In this document: positions 20,786-31,169 of the stretch, in pieces
How the letters are laid out: every line of letters begins with the position of its first letter
Position numbering within the stretch: the first letter of the stretch is position 1
Origin: Vicinamibacterales bacterium
GTDB taxonomy: Bacteria > Acidobacteriota > Vicinamibacteria > Vicinamibacterales > UBA8438
Length of the DNA: 64,000 nucleotides
Assembly: GCA_965217045.1 (NCBI GenBank)
Contig: CBDCHF010000007.1
Coordinates: 211,825-275,824, forward strand
Direction of reading: 5' to 3'
The notes under the pieces: generated by a model
What the model saw: only the letters and a program-made list of their open reading frames with translations
Database searches by the model: none
What the model was told of the DNA's origin: nothing
Translations under genes and position numbers: made by a program

Positions 20786-20806
20786 GTGTCACCACAGTGT
20801 CACCAC
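20786..20806. promoter_or_regulatory. Probable integrase arm-type binding sites
   Basis: GTGTCACCAC x2 with 11-bp period between integrase start and att core. Confidence 0.55.
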
Positions 20807-20936
20807 GCCGACAGCATGACACGGCACGTGCCCGCATGCAAGCGCACGCTATTGTGTGTGTAAACCATTTACAGACTGGTACTTACTGGTATGCCAAGCA
20901 AGGACTCGCATTCGCCGGATGTTCGCGTGGCGCTTT

Positions 20937-20981
20937 TTCGTAATCAGCAGGTCAGCGGTTCGAGTCCGCTCGCCGGCTCCA
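20937..20981 (+). tRNA. 3' half of tRNA-Thr(CGT): island attachment-site duplicate, not a functional tRNA
   Basis: TTCGTAA anticodon loop, AGCGG-TTCGAGT-CCGCT T-arm, acceptor 3' strand and CCA; no 5' acceptor or D-arm upstream. Confidence 0.85.
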
Positions 20982-21050
20982 GATCTTCTCCTTAGTTATC
21001 AGAGACTTACGGGCGTACACCAACCTCGGCCTCCGTGGCGTCTGCTCGCG

Positions 21051-21070
21051 TAGGGTGCATATAGGGTGCA
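21051..21070. promoter_or_regulatory. Probable arm-type sites of a second, adjacent island
   Basis: TAGGGTGCA x2 with 11-bp period, 70 bp downstream of the att core. Confidence 0.45.
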
Positions 21071-21568
21071 GATCCCGATCCGTTCGCGTTTCAGCATCGG
21101 CCGCCTCCCTGCTTGCAAGCGCACACCAGTGTCCGTGCGGGCGAATGACGTGAACCGCCGCGCCCGACGTCTCATGGCCGGCATCGCGCCGGGCAAGCTC
21201 CTGAGAATCATGCAGGACGGTTGGTCGAGACGGCAGATCCCCGAAACGTACCCTGCGCGGCGTCCCGGAGACCGCGGCGGCAACCGGCTACCCGGACGAC
21301 GACGACCTTGCCCAAGCGACCATCTTGCCGAGGCGACCGAGCAGGGACCGCTCGACCCGGACTAGCTGGCGACGACGATCCTGGGCTGAGACGAACGGCC
21401 GCGGCATGGGCGGCCTGACCGACCACGTCCTGGAACCGCTAACAGCTAGATGCCCGGATCTGGAGCGCCAGGCAAGGCGCCGTTGACGCCCGGCGCACAC
21501 CGCTGCCTGACACCTCCGCCACCAAGGGCGGCGAGACCGCCTTCGGCGGTCGTGAAGCCGTCGTCATT

Positions 21569-21757
21569 GTGGCGCTCGATCCAGAAGGCCGCCGTTTCCG
21601 CTACATCCTGCTCGCGACGAACCAGACCGGAACGATGCAGAGCGAGATGAACGACGCTCCACCCAAGTACACCTTTGCCGGCATGACCGTGTTCTCCTCC
21701 ACGTTCGGCGGCAGGCCGGGCGCCGTCATCCTCGAAGCTGAGATCACCGACGACTGA
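21569..21757 (+). pseudogene. C-terminal remnant of a hypothetical protein
   Basis: Protein-like RYILLATNQTGTMQSEMN...; no convincing start. Confidence 0.35.
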
Positions 21758-22049
21758 CCGCCACCCAGCGGCAGGACGTGCACCCGGTGCGAGCGTCCTG
21801 CCGCGCCATACTCACCCATCGACGGCCAAGTCCGGCCGTCGTGGAGTTGATGACGCTCACGGCACGGACTTTTAATCCGTCCACGCGACACCCGGGATTC
21901 ACCAATTCATTCTACTGAGCCTCTTGCGAAACGCGTGATCGGCCGAGTTTTCCCTGCCGGAGGCGGCGGGGCGAGGGACGGTCAGCGGGCGGGATGCAGC
22001 ATTCGCAGGATGGCAGTGACCGCGCCCGGGAAGCCGGCGACACGGGGGT

Positions 22050-22397
22050 TCATGGAGCCTGCCTGCCGGTTATGAGGGCAAGCGCACGCGAAGAGAGGTG
22101 GCGCATTTCCTTCACGAGCCGTTCCAGTTTACGGTTGTTCTCGATCCACTCCCGGTAGAGGACGAGTTCGTCTTCGGTGAGCTTCAAGCCGACGGTCTTT
22201 CCGCGGGCCTTGCGCGTCCAGTAGTGGTAGGGGCCGTGACGGGCGTCCGGGTCGTCGTGGCAGCGACAGGTAGCCCTCCCACACGTTATCCGGCGGGTGT
22301 GAACGCCGCCCTGGCCTACGAACCCGAGCGTTTGCAGTTCCGCCTTGAGCGCGTCGTATTGCTCCTCATAGCGGCGTAACGCTGCGCTGTAGGCCAT
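22050..22397 (-). CDS. DUF6788-like IS accessory protein
   Basis: CGRATCRC...HGPYHYWTRKARGKTV; homologous to 61534-61962. Confidence 0.75.
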   Translation of the reverse strand: MAYSAALRRYEEQYDALKAELQTLGFVGQGGVHTRRITCGRATCRCHDDPDARHGPYHYWTRKARGKTVGLKLTEDELVLYREWIENNRKLERLVKEMRHLSSRALALITGRQAP

Positions 22398-22469
22398 CGA
22401 TTCGTTGTTTCACATCCTTGATGTTTGCTAATATACAGTAGTAGGCAGGAGTGGTCAATCAAACAAACC

Positions 22470-23609
22470 ATGAACTGCCTGCGTGGTTCCTTCGCCCCCT
22501 ATTGGCAGTCGATCCAGCGTGCGCTGTTCCCCCAGTTGGAGCCCGTGTTGGGTCCGCTGACCGGGAAACAGCAGCAGTTGGTGCAGACTCTCGAGGTCAT
22601 CCGTATCGAGCAGTGGATTCCCCGGTGCTTCCGGGTGCCGGGGCGTCCGCGCAAGGACCGCGCGGCACTGGCGCGAGCCTACGTGGCCAAGGCGGTCTAC
22701 GACATGCCGACGACGCGCGTGCTGTTGGACCGCTTGGTCACCGACGTGGCGCTGCGGCGGATCTGCGGCTGGGAGCGGAAGAGCGAGGTGCCGAGCGAGT
22801 CGGTCTTCTCACGCGCCTTCGTCGAGTTCTCCGACACACAGTTGCCCCAGCGCACGCATGCAGCGTTGATCCGCAACACCCACCACGACCGGTTGGTGGG
22901 TCACCTCTGCCGCGACTCGACGGCCATCGAGGCCCGCGAGAAGCCGGCCGCGAAGGAAAAGACGCCCCCGCTGCCCAAGCGCAAGCGGGGACGGCCGAAG
23001 AAGGGTGAGGAACGGCCGAAGGTCCTCAAGCGCCTCGACCGGCAGGCGGCCATGACCTTGCCGGCGATGCTCGACGACCTGCCGACCGACTGTGACGTGG
23101 GCATGAAAAAGGACAGCAAGGGCTACAAGTCGACCTGGGTCGGCTACAAGCTGCACCTCGACGTGGCCGACGGCCAGATTCCGATCAGTTGCCTGCTGAC
23201 GTCCGCCTCCCTGCACGACAGCCAAGCCGCCATTCCGCTGGCGACCTTGTCGGCCGAGCGAACGACCAATCTGTATGACCTGATGGACGCCGCCTACGAC
23301 GCGGAACCGATCCGCCAGCACAGCCGCTCACTCGGCCACGTCCCGTTGATTGACACCAACCCCCGCCGCGACAAGGCGCTGGCGGAGGAATTGCGAACCG
23401 AAGCCCGGCGCCTGCAGCGTATCGGCTTTCAGCTTCCCGAGCAGGCTCGCTACAACGAGCGTACGGCGGGTGAGCGCGTCAATGGCCGACTCAAGGACGA
23501 GTTCGGCGGTCGCCATGTCCGGGTCCGTGGCGCCTCGAAAGTGATGTGCCACTGCATGTTCGGCGTGCTCGCACTCACCGCCGACCAGCTCGTGCGCCTC
23601 GTGACATAA
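22470..23609 (+). CDS. DDE transposase (IS5/IS1182-like)
   Basis: PSESVFSRAF, DSTAIEARE, WVGYKLH, MDAAYD, YNERTAGERVNGRLK. Confidence 0.88.
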   Translation: MNCLRGSFAPYWQSIQRALFPQLEPVLGPLTGKQQQLVQTLEVIRIEQWIPRCFRVPGRPRKDRAALARAYVAKAVYDMPTTRVLLDRLVTDVALRRICGWERKSEVPSESVFSRAFVEFSDTQLPQRTHAALIRNTHHDRLVGHLCRDSTAIEAREKPAAKEKTPPLPKRKRGRPKKGEERPKVLKRLDRQAAMTLPAMLDDLPTDCDVGMKKDSKGYKSTWVGYKLHLDVADGQIPISCLLTSASLHDSQAAIPLATLSAERTTNLYDLMDAAYDAEPIRQHSRSLGHVPLIDTNPRRDKALAEELRTEARRLQRIGFQLPEQARYNERTAGERVNGRLKDEFGGRHVRVRGASKVMCHCMFGVLALTADQLVRLVT

Positions 23610-23867
23610 CCAGTGCACCGCCGGCAACGCCCCTCGGTGCCCGACGGGCGTCAGTCACCCACGGGTGTCCCAACGCGCGGTCGAGAACACGTCGAAACAT
23701 CCGACTTCTACCTCCGGCGTGCCGCCGGTTCTCCCGACAAGATATCCAGTCGGCGATCCAGGGCAATCGTGTTCACCAAGAGAGCTGAGGACTGCGCCCA
23801 GCCCCAATCCCCCGGGAGTTTTGTAAGCGGCTCCGGTGTCTGTTCTTTTCTCGTTGAAAAAGACAAC

Positions 23868-24639
23868 GGGTGCGGGTGCAGCGCCTGATGCGGTTGATGG
23901 GCATCGAGGCGGTGGGTCCGAAGCCGCGGTTGAGTCAGGCGCATCCCGGGCACCGGGTGTATCCGTATCTGCTGCGCGAGGTCGCGGTCGAGCGGGTCGA
24001 TCAGGTTTGGAGCTGCGACATCACGTACATTCGGCTCCGGTCGGGCTTCGTCTACCTGATGGCGGTCCTGGATTGGTTCAGCCGCTACGTCCTGGCCTGG
24101 GAGCTGTCGGTCACGCTGGACGGCCAATTCTGCCGAGACGCGCTCGAACGGGCGTTGGCCACCGGACGACCGGAGATCTTCACACCGACCAGGGTGCGCA
24201 GTTCACCAGCGATGCGTTCACGAGCCTGTTGCGTGCGGCCGAGGTGCAGATCAGCATGGACGGCCGCGGCCGGGCGCTCGACAACGTCTTCGTCGAACGG
24301 CTCTGGCGGTCGGTGAAGTACGAGGAGGTCTACCTGAAGGACTACGGGTCGGTGCCGGAGGTCCGCGCCGGGCTGGGGCGCTATTTCGCGTTCTACAATC
24401 AGGAGCGGCCGCACCAGGCGTTGGCGTATCGGACGCCGGCGGAGGTGTACGGCGAGGTTTGTGCGCTGGCCCTCACCGGCTCGCGGCTGGGATGCTGATG
24501 GGGGTGTGGGTCTGTGGAAATCTCGCAGACGAGATTCCCACAGACCCACACCCTTCATCGATCACGAAGACGGAGACGACGGGAACGACCCTAGCTTACT
24601 CGGCCCCGGAAACTGTCCAGCCAACGGGGTCCACCTCCA
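23868..24639 (+). mobile_element. IS3-family remnant (3' part of orfB with frameshift, right IR)
   Basis: QVWSCDITYI, DWFSRYV, TDQGAQFTS (frameshift ~24180), DNVFVERLWRSVKYE; end TGTCCAGCCAACGGGGTCCACCTCCA. Confidence 0.85.
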
Positions 24640-25062
24640 GAGCGTCTGCTGGCTGATCCGACCGACGAACTCGCACACGCCGCGGCGGAACGGCGTTCGG
24701 CCGATGTGGTGGATCGCCAGTACGCCGAGCCGTTGTTTGATCTGCGTGTTCCGCCGCGGCTGCGGCTGTCCGTCGCACTGCTCGGGCAGTAGCAGCCTCA
24801 GCGCCGCGCGCAGCAGATGCAGCCAGCCCGTCTCGCCGAGGCCCCAAGCCCTCGGCCGTGCCGATCAGCGTCAGCGGCCAGCGGCGCTGGGTCGGTGGGA
24901 TCTGGCCGTCCATCAGCGCGGCCAGGTCGTCACCGACAAGCTCCTCGAGCGTGGCGTCGGCGTTCTCGCGCTCGACGGATGCCGCCGGCACCATGAGCAC
25001 GAGCGCGACGGGCAGCCCCTTCATTACCCGTACCGCCACGTCGTCCGGATCTTGATGCGCAT
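24640..25062 (-). pseudogene. N-terminal remnant of a hypothetical protein truncated by IS3
   Basis: MRIKIRTTW start, internal stop and frameshift, protein-like ALVLMVPAAS...RWPLTLIGTAEG. Confidence 0.35.
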
Positions 25063-25097
25063 CCGGGCTGAGCCATTCCCGGTCCGTTGAACACGAA

Positions 25098-25538
25098 CTA
25101 CCAGCCGAACCGCCGCCGAACCGCGACCCGCGCCGGCGACACCTGCACGTCGAGATCCCGCGTCACGCGATTGTCCGGCAAGGTCAGCAGCACCGCCCCC
25201 AGGGCTATGGCGCCGAGGCCGGTCCAGGCGAGCTTGGGGTGCGAGAGCGTCGCTTCGGTCGTCGAGTCGCGGACGTCCGTATCAAACGGAGGAGTGGGGC
25301 TGACGTAGAAGCATTCCGTTGGCTGGTTCTGGTAGGTATGCGTGCTGTAGCCCTCGGGGCACACGTCGAACGTGAAGTCGAAAGCCGCAAATACGAGACC
25401 TACTCCGGCCGAAAGGGTCACGATGCCCGTCGTCTTGCGCGACCACTGTTGCGCCGAGGCCGGTGCCGCTGACACCAGGACGAAAACGCACGCCGCCGTA
25501 CCGATCTTCTTCATCGCCGCTGGAACGGTCCTCTTCAT
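25098..25538 (-). CDS. Hypothetical exported/membrane protein
   Basis: Signal peptide ending PASA-Q, two hydrophobic segments, Cys pair, C-terminal FGW. Confidence 0.65.
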   Translation of the reverse strand: MKRTVPAAMKKIGTAACVFVLVSAAPASAQQWSRKTTGIVTLSAGVGLVFAAFDFTFDVCPEGYSTHTYQNQPTECFYVSPTPPFDTDVRDSTTEATLSHPKLAWTGLGAIALGAVLLTLPDNRVTRDLDVQVSPARVAVRRRFGW

Positions 25539-25720
25539 CACCGCCACTTCCTTTGTGCGAAAGCTCCTGCCGGGCCCGGAGCCGAGTGTGACTGTTCTCA
25601 TTCTGACCGCAGGGCATCGTCGTCGTCGTCGGCCGAAACACGCGGCGAGCGTACCACGGAGAGCGGCCACGGAACCCTTCACCGGGACCAGAGTGGTAGC
25701 GGCAACATAAATAAGGACCC

Positions 25721-26449
25721 TGTGGCCACTTGAAATGGGACCCCCTGAGCACTCGGAAACAGCGATCGCCTGGCGATGATCGAAGTGGCGAGACACGGTC
25801 GTCTCGTCGACCAAGCCAGGAGGACGCGGAGGTGATCAAGATGTCCCAGTGGGTCGAGGTCCGCCACCTGCATCTGGTGGAGGGTGTGCCGAAGAAGGAG
25901 ATCGCCCGTCGGTTGAAGTTGGATGTCAAGACGGTGCGGCGGGCCATCGGCCGGCCGACGCCGCCGGTGCGGGTGTCGCCGCCGCGGCCCAGCACCCTGA
26001 CGCCGTGGCGGGAGCAGATCAAGCAGTGGCTGTGCGCGGAGCCGCGGTTGACCGCCAAACGGATTCGCCGGTTGCTGCTGCCGTTGGCCGGACCGCTCCC
26101 GGCTCGCACGGTGCGCCGCTACGTCGCGGGGCTGCGGGCAGCCGGCACCGCGAAGGAGGCTTTCGTGCACCGCAGCGTGCTCCCCGGCACGACGATGGAG
26201 GTCGACTTCGGCGAGTCGTGGGTCGACGTCGCCGGCGTGCCGTGCAAGGTGAAGCACCTGGTGGCGACGCTGCCGTTCTCGAACGCGTACTTCGCCAAGG
26301 CGTACCCGGTCGAGCGTCTCGAGTCGCTGCTCGACGGCATCGAGTCGGCGTTTTGGTACTTCGGGGGCGTCGTGAAACGCCTCGTCCTGGACAACACCTC
26401 GCTGGCGGTCAAGGAGGTGTTGGCGGGGCGGGACCGGGTGCAGACCGAC
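25721..26449 (+). mobile_element. istA: IS21-family remnant (left end + 5' istA from 25841)
   Basis: TGTGGCCACTTGAAATGGGACCCC end; HTH KKEIARRLKLDVKTVRR, EVDFGE, FGGVVKRLVLDN; truncated. Confidence 0.85.
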
Positions 26450-28330
26450 CTCCTCGATCATCGCCTGCCCGATGCCCTGCGCGAGCCCCCGTGAATCTGC
26501 CCCTCGACGATGAGCGGATTGATGAGGTGGCCGGCGTCGTCGACCGCCACCATCTTCAGCAGCCGCGGCTCGCCCGTCTCCCGGTCAATCTCCAGCATCG
26601 CGATGTGGCAGCCGAACAGATAGGTGTGGTTCTTCGGCTCGAAGAACGCCTCGTCGCTCAGCCCCGGCGTTAGCCCCTCGGGCAACCTGGTCGGCCTGTA
26701 AGCGTAGGCGGCCACCTCGGCGAACGACTTGGCCGATGCCGGCGTGCCCTTGACGGCGATGGTCCCGTTCTCGAAGACGAGATCGCTCTCGTGCGCCTCG
26801 AGTAGGGCCGCCCCGAACTTCGTCATCTTGGTCTTCACCTTCACGCCGGCAGCCTGCAGCGCCGCTCCGCCGACCGCCTGCGAGCGGCTGCCGAAGGTGC
26901 CGATGCCCTGCTTCACCACCGCCGTATCGCCGTGGTGGATCGTGACGTGGTCAAGCGGCACGCCAAACTGATCGGCCAGCATCTGCGCGAAGGTGGTCTC
27001 GTTACCCTGCCCGTGCGGCGACGCGCCCGTCGTTGCGCTGATCCGGCCGTCCCGCTCGACGGTGACCTGCGAGTGCTCCCAACCGCCGGGCGGCAACGTG
27101 GAGGAAGGTCCCAGGCCGCAGCTCTCGACGTACATCGACAGCCCCAGACCAACCAGCCGGCCGTCAGCCCGCGCCGCGTCCCGCTCGCGCTTGAGCTTCT
27201 CCCAGCCGGCGACGTTGAGGGCAAAATCCAGGGCCTTCTCGTAATCGCCAGAGTCGTAGACCGCCCCCATCTGGGTCCGGTAGGGGAACTGGTCGGGCTG
27301 GAGGAAGTTCTTCCGTCGCAACTCGGCCGGGTCCATCCCGAGCTCGCGGGCCAGCATGTCCATCGCGCGCTCGACAAAGCACGCGGCCTCCGCGCGTCCG
27401 GCGCCGCGATACGCGTCGGTCGGGGTCTTGTTGGTAAAGACCTCGGTCGGCGTCGCGCGGACGGCGGGAAACGCGTAGGTCGCGTTGGCCATCGTCATAC
27501 TGTGTGTCGGCACGCGCGCGGTGAGCAGCATGTTGTAGGCGCCGATGTCGGCGATGATCTACATCCGCAACCCGAGCACCTCGCCCTCCCGTGTGGCCGC
27601 CAGCTTGACGTAGGCGATGAGGTCGCGACCATGCACGGTGGCGAGAAACGCTTCCGAGCGGTCCTCGATCCACTTGACCGGCAGCCCGAGCCGCCTCGAC
27701 AGCGCGGTCGCGACGTACTCCTCGCCTTAGATGTTGATCTTGGCGCCGAAGCCGCCGCCCACCTCTGGAGCGATGGCCCGCACGCAGTCCTCGCCCAGGC
27801 CGAGCGTCTGCGCCACGAGGGTGCGCAGGATGTGGGGGTTCTGGGTCGACGACCAGATGGTCAACGCCTCCCGGCCCGGCTCGTAGTGCGCCACCACCCC
27901 GCGCGCCTCGATGGAGCACGGCGCCAGCCGCTGATTGACCATCCGCTGCGCGATCACGATGTCCGCCGCCTTGAAGGCCGTGTCGACGGCAGTGTCGTCG
28001 ATGTCCCCCTGGCGACCGACGCCGGTGCCGCTCGGCAGCGGGCCGAGGGCCACGTTGTTCGAGAAGGCGGCGTGCAGCACGGCCGGCTTTCCGGTCATCG
28101 CCGTCTCCGGATCCACCACCACCGGCAGGGTCTCGTAGTCGACGGCGATGGCGTCGGCCGCGTCGCGCGCCACATAGCGATCGCACGCCACCACCACCGC
28201 GACCGGGTCGCCAACGAAACGGACCGTGTCGACCGCCACGGCGCGGTGCTCGGGCGACGGGTACGGCGTCCCGATCGGCATCGGGGCGAGGAAGCCGGCG
28301 ATCTGCGCCCCGGTGAAGACCGCCTTCACT
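26447..28330 (-). pseudogene. Xanthine dehydrogenase-family / form II CoxL-like molybdopterin subunit, internal fragment
   Basis: VRFVGDPVA, STQNPH, VGGGFGAK, AYRGAGR, HGQGNET, GTFGSRS, INPLIVEGQIHGG; stops at ~27727 and ~27559; both ends cut at IS sequences. Confidence 0.88.
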
Positions 28331-28387
28331 TGGAGTTGACCCGGTTTCGTGGACACCCAATCCTGTTGCGAGGAGGAGGTATCCGCG

Positions 28388-28696
28388 ATGTCGAAAACCA
28401 GACCGCCGTACGCGGCGGCGTTCCGACAGCAGATGGTCGAACTGGTTCGGTCCGGCCGTACGCCCGGAGACTTGGCTCGGGAGTTCGAACCGTCGGCCCA
28501 GGCCATCCGGACCTGGGTTGCTCAGGCCGACCGCGACACCGGCACGCGCACCGACGGCCTGCGCACCGAAGAGCGTGAAGAGGTACGGCAGCTACGCCGG
28601 GAGGTCCGGCGGCTGCGCGAAGAGCGGGACATACTTGCAAAAGCGACGGCCTGGTTCGCGCGGGAGACCGGACCCGGGAGGTCTACCGGTTCATGA
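28388..28696 (+). CDS. IS3 OrfA
   Basis: RBS GGAGGAGG; HTH + coiled coil + EERDILAKA; ATGA overlap with orfB. Confidence 0.88.
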   Translation: MSKTRPPYAAAFRQQMVELVRSGRTPGDLAREFEPSAQAIRTWVAQADRDTGTRTDGLRTEEREEVRQLRREVRRLREERDILAKATAWFARETGPGRSTGS

Positions 28697-29685
28697 GCGC
28701 GAACCAGGCCCGTTTCCGCGTCGCCACGATGGCCCGTGTGCTCGGTGTCTCCCCGAGCGGGTACTACGCGTGGCGTCGACGTCCACCCTCGGCTCGTGCG
28801 CGGGCCGATTCGGAGCTGACGGCCCGCGTGCAGGAGATTCATGCCAACAGCCGGGGCACGTACGGCGCGCCGCGGATTCACGCCGAACTGGCCGAAGCCG
28901 GCGTCGCGGTCGGCCGCAAGCGGGTCGCGCGGGTGATGCGTGCCGCGGGCATCGCCGGGGTGAGCCGGCGCCGCGGCCCCCGCACGACGCGCCGGGAGGT
29001 GCAGGACCGGCCGGCGCCGGACCGGGTCGAGCGTCGCTTCGAGGCCGACGCGCCGAATCGCCTGTGGGTTGCCGACATAACCTGCATTCCGACCTTGGCG
29101 GGCTTCCTCTACTTGGCCATCGTCCTCGACGTGTTCAGCCGGCGGGTCGTGGGGTGGGCGATGGCGGCGCACCTGCGCACGGAGCTGGTGGTCGAGGCGC
29201 TGGAGATGGCCGTGGCGCAACGCCGGCCGGCTGCGGTCATCCATCATTCCGATCAGGGCTGCCAGTACACATCGCTGGCCTTCGGCGCCCGCTGCCGGGA
29301 ATGGGACGTGGCGCTGTCGATGGGTTCGGTGGGCGATTACTTCGATAACGCGATGGCCGAGAGCTTCTTCGCGACGCTCGAGTGCGAGCTGCTCGACCGC
29401 ACGACCTTGTCGACACACGCCGAGGCACGGGCGGCCGTGTTCGAGTTCGTGGAAGGGTGGTACAACACGCGGCGCCGCCACTCCGCGTTGGGCTACGTGT
29501 CGCCGCTCGAGTTCGAACGTCTGCATGCGGCAGGCCCCGTGGACGCCTTTCAGGCGCCCACGAGTCTGTTGGAGCCCGGATCGCCGGCGCCGACTCGCGT
29601 CGTCACCGGCGTTCTTCTGGAAACACACGGAGGGAAAGATGGCCTACAGACGCACGGCTCGCCTTCGGCTTCGCAAGCCGGATAG
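28693..29685 (+). CDS. IS3 OrfB (integrase core)
   Basis: YGAPRI, WVADIT, HHSDQGCQY, DNAMAESFF, YNTRRRHS. Confidence 0.9.
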   Translation: MSANQARFRVATMARVLGVSPSGYYAWRRRPPSARARADSELTARVQEIHANSRGTYGAPRIHAELAEAGVAVGRKRVARVMRAAGIAGVSRRRGPRTTRREVQDRPAPDRVERRFEADAPNRLWVADITCIPTLAGFLYLAIVLDVFSRRVVGWAMAAHLRTELVVEALEMAVAQRRPAAVIHHSDQGCQYTSLAFGARCREWDVALSMGSVGDYFDNAMAESFFATLECELLDRTTLSTHAEARAAVFEFVEGWYNTRRRHSALGYVSPLEFERLHAAGPVDAFQAPTSLLEPGSPAPTRVVTGVLLETHGGKDGLQTHGSPSASQAG

Positions 29686-30069
29686 CTGCTGCGAGACCTG
29701 CCGGCTCGTCGAGGAAACGAACGCGGGCCTGCTGGGCCGCCGAGCTTCTTTCGGCCCCGCTGGTTGCCGAAACGGTCGCCGCATTACCGGACTGCGCAGC
29801 TTATTCCCACGGGGCGCTGTGGAAGTGCCCGGGCTGTGGCCGCCCGGTCGGCGTCGTGCTGAATCTGAAGGTCGGCCAGGCGGGCGCCCACAGCCCGTTG
29901 GAAATCTCGCGGGCGACCGCCGCCGACCATGCCTGCGCCGGGGCCGCGAGATTCCCACACTTCCACAGCGCATCATCTTCGATACCGACACGGAAACCAC
30001 GTTCACCAAGCACGTGTCATGATGTGAACCCGAAAGCGTTAACCCGTCCGCGGGATCGGGGCAACCTCA

Positions 30070-30666
30070 GGCGGCGAGCTACCGCAAGGCGGTGCGGGCG
30101 CTGGTGCCGCAGGCCCGGGTGGTCTACGACCGGTTTCACGTCGAACGGCTGGCGGCCGACGCGGTCGACGCCGTCCGCCGGGCGGAGCAACACCGCCTGG
30201 GGACGACGGCGACCAAAGCCATCAAGGGGACGCGCTACGCGCTGCTGAAGCATCCGGCGCGCCTCAAGCCGAGCCAAGCGCGCCGGCTCGCCATACTGCG
30301 CCGGGACAACCGGGCCCTCGACCGCGCCTACGAGTTGAAGGAGTACCTGGCGACCATTCTCGAGCAGGCCAGACCCGACGAGGCCGACGAGCTACTCAAC
30401 CAGTGGCTGGAGTGGGCGGCGCGCTCGCGCTTGACGCCGTTCGTCAAGCTGGCGCGCACGATCCGCAAGCACGCGGCCGGGATCCTCGCCTACCTCGACA
30501 CCCGCATGACCAACGGGCCGGTCGAGGGGATCAACAACAAGCTGCGGGTCATCGCACGGCGCGCCTACGGCTTCCACTCCCACCGTCCGCTCATCTCGAT
30601 GCTCTTTCTCTGCTGTGGAGGCATTCAGCTGGCGCCACCGCTACCCACACGAATTTGAGGAGACTC
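30070..30666 (+). mobile_element. ISL3-family remnant (C-terminal transposase + right IR)
   Basis: VYDRFHV, AYELKE, TNGPVEGINNKLRVIARRAYGF; end CACACGAATTTGAGGAGACTC. Confidence 0.88.
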
Positions 30667-31111
30667 AGAAATACTCGCCGACGCAGCCGTTTCCGATGAA
30701 ACCGCCGCCCTTCGGGCGCACCGGCGTCTCGATAGACGACATCGCCAGGCGACCCCGGATACGCTATCACGGCCTCGCGTATCGAATGGGACATCTGGCG
30801 CTTCCGCCTGCGCGTCGACAAGCGGCCGGGCACTGTCCTCGGCTCCCCCAGCTCCGCTGGCCGCGACGGGGGTGACCACTTGGCGAGCGCGCGGGTTCGC
30901 ACTGACCGGTGCGGGCGCCTCGACCGCGACGGCCGGGCGTCAGTGACGCCCGATTCACCCCCGGGGTCGAGTCGAAGGGAATCCGGGCTGGAGGCGACGC
31001 CCCACCGAAAATCGACACGCCCAGTCGGCTGCTGCAGCCTCCGCGCTGAATCTTCCGTTCTCCTGCCGCGCGCACCTGACCCGGGTGATCTGCGCCGCCG
31101 ACGTGTTTGCA

Positions 31112-31163
31112 GACGATTGCTGACAATTCACCCGTTGCACCCGGCCTGGAGAGTTTCTAGGAT
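31112..31163 (+). promoter_or_regulatory. Direct-repeat operator + sigma70 promoter (probably leaderless mRNA)
   Basis: GACGAT-N4-GACAAT, 7 bp, TTGCAC, 17 bp, TAGGAT, 6 nt, ATG at 31170. Confidence 0.65.
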
Positions 31164-31169
31164 TGCAGC

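Larger units (their letters stand above)
21917..23833 (+). mobile_element. IS5/IS1182-like element with divergent accessory ORF
   Basis: IRs GAGCCTCTTGCGAAAC / GTTTTGTAAGCGGCTC; no target duplication visible. Confidence 0.8.
28331..30069 (+). mobile_element. IS3-family element, complete
   Basis: IRs TGGAGTTGACCCGGTTTCGTGGA / TCCGCGGGATCGGGGCAACCTCA; no TSD. Confidence 0.9.

Noticed and set aside
20905-20981. Functional tRNA-Thr
   Set aside because: 5' acceptor strand, D-arm and 5' anticodon stem are absent
26447-28330. Aerobic CO dehydrogenase capability
   Set aside because: Active-site loop is AYRGAGR (form II), not AYRCSFR, and the gene is truncated with stops
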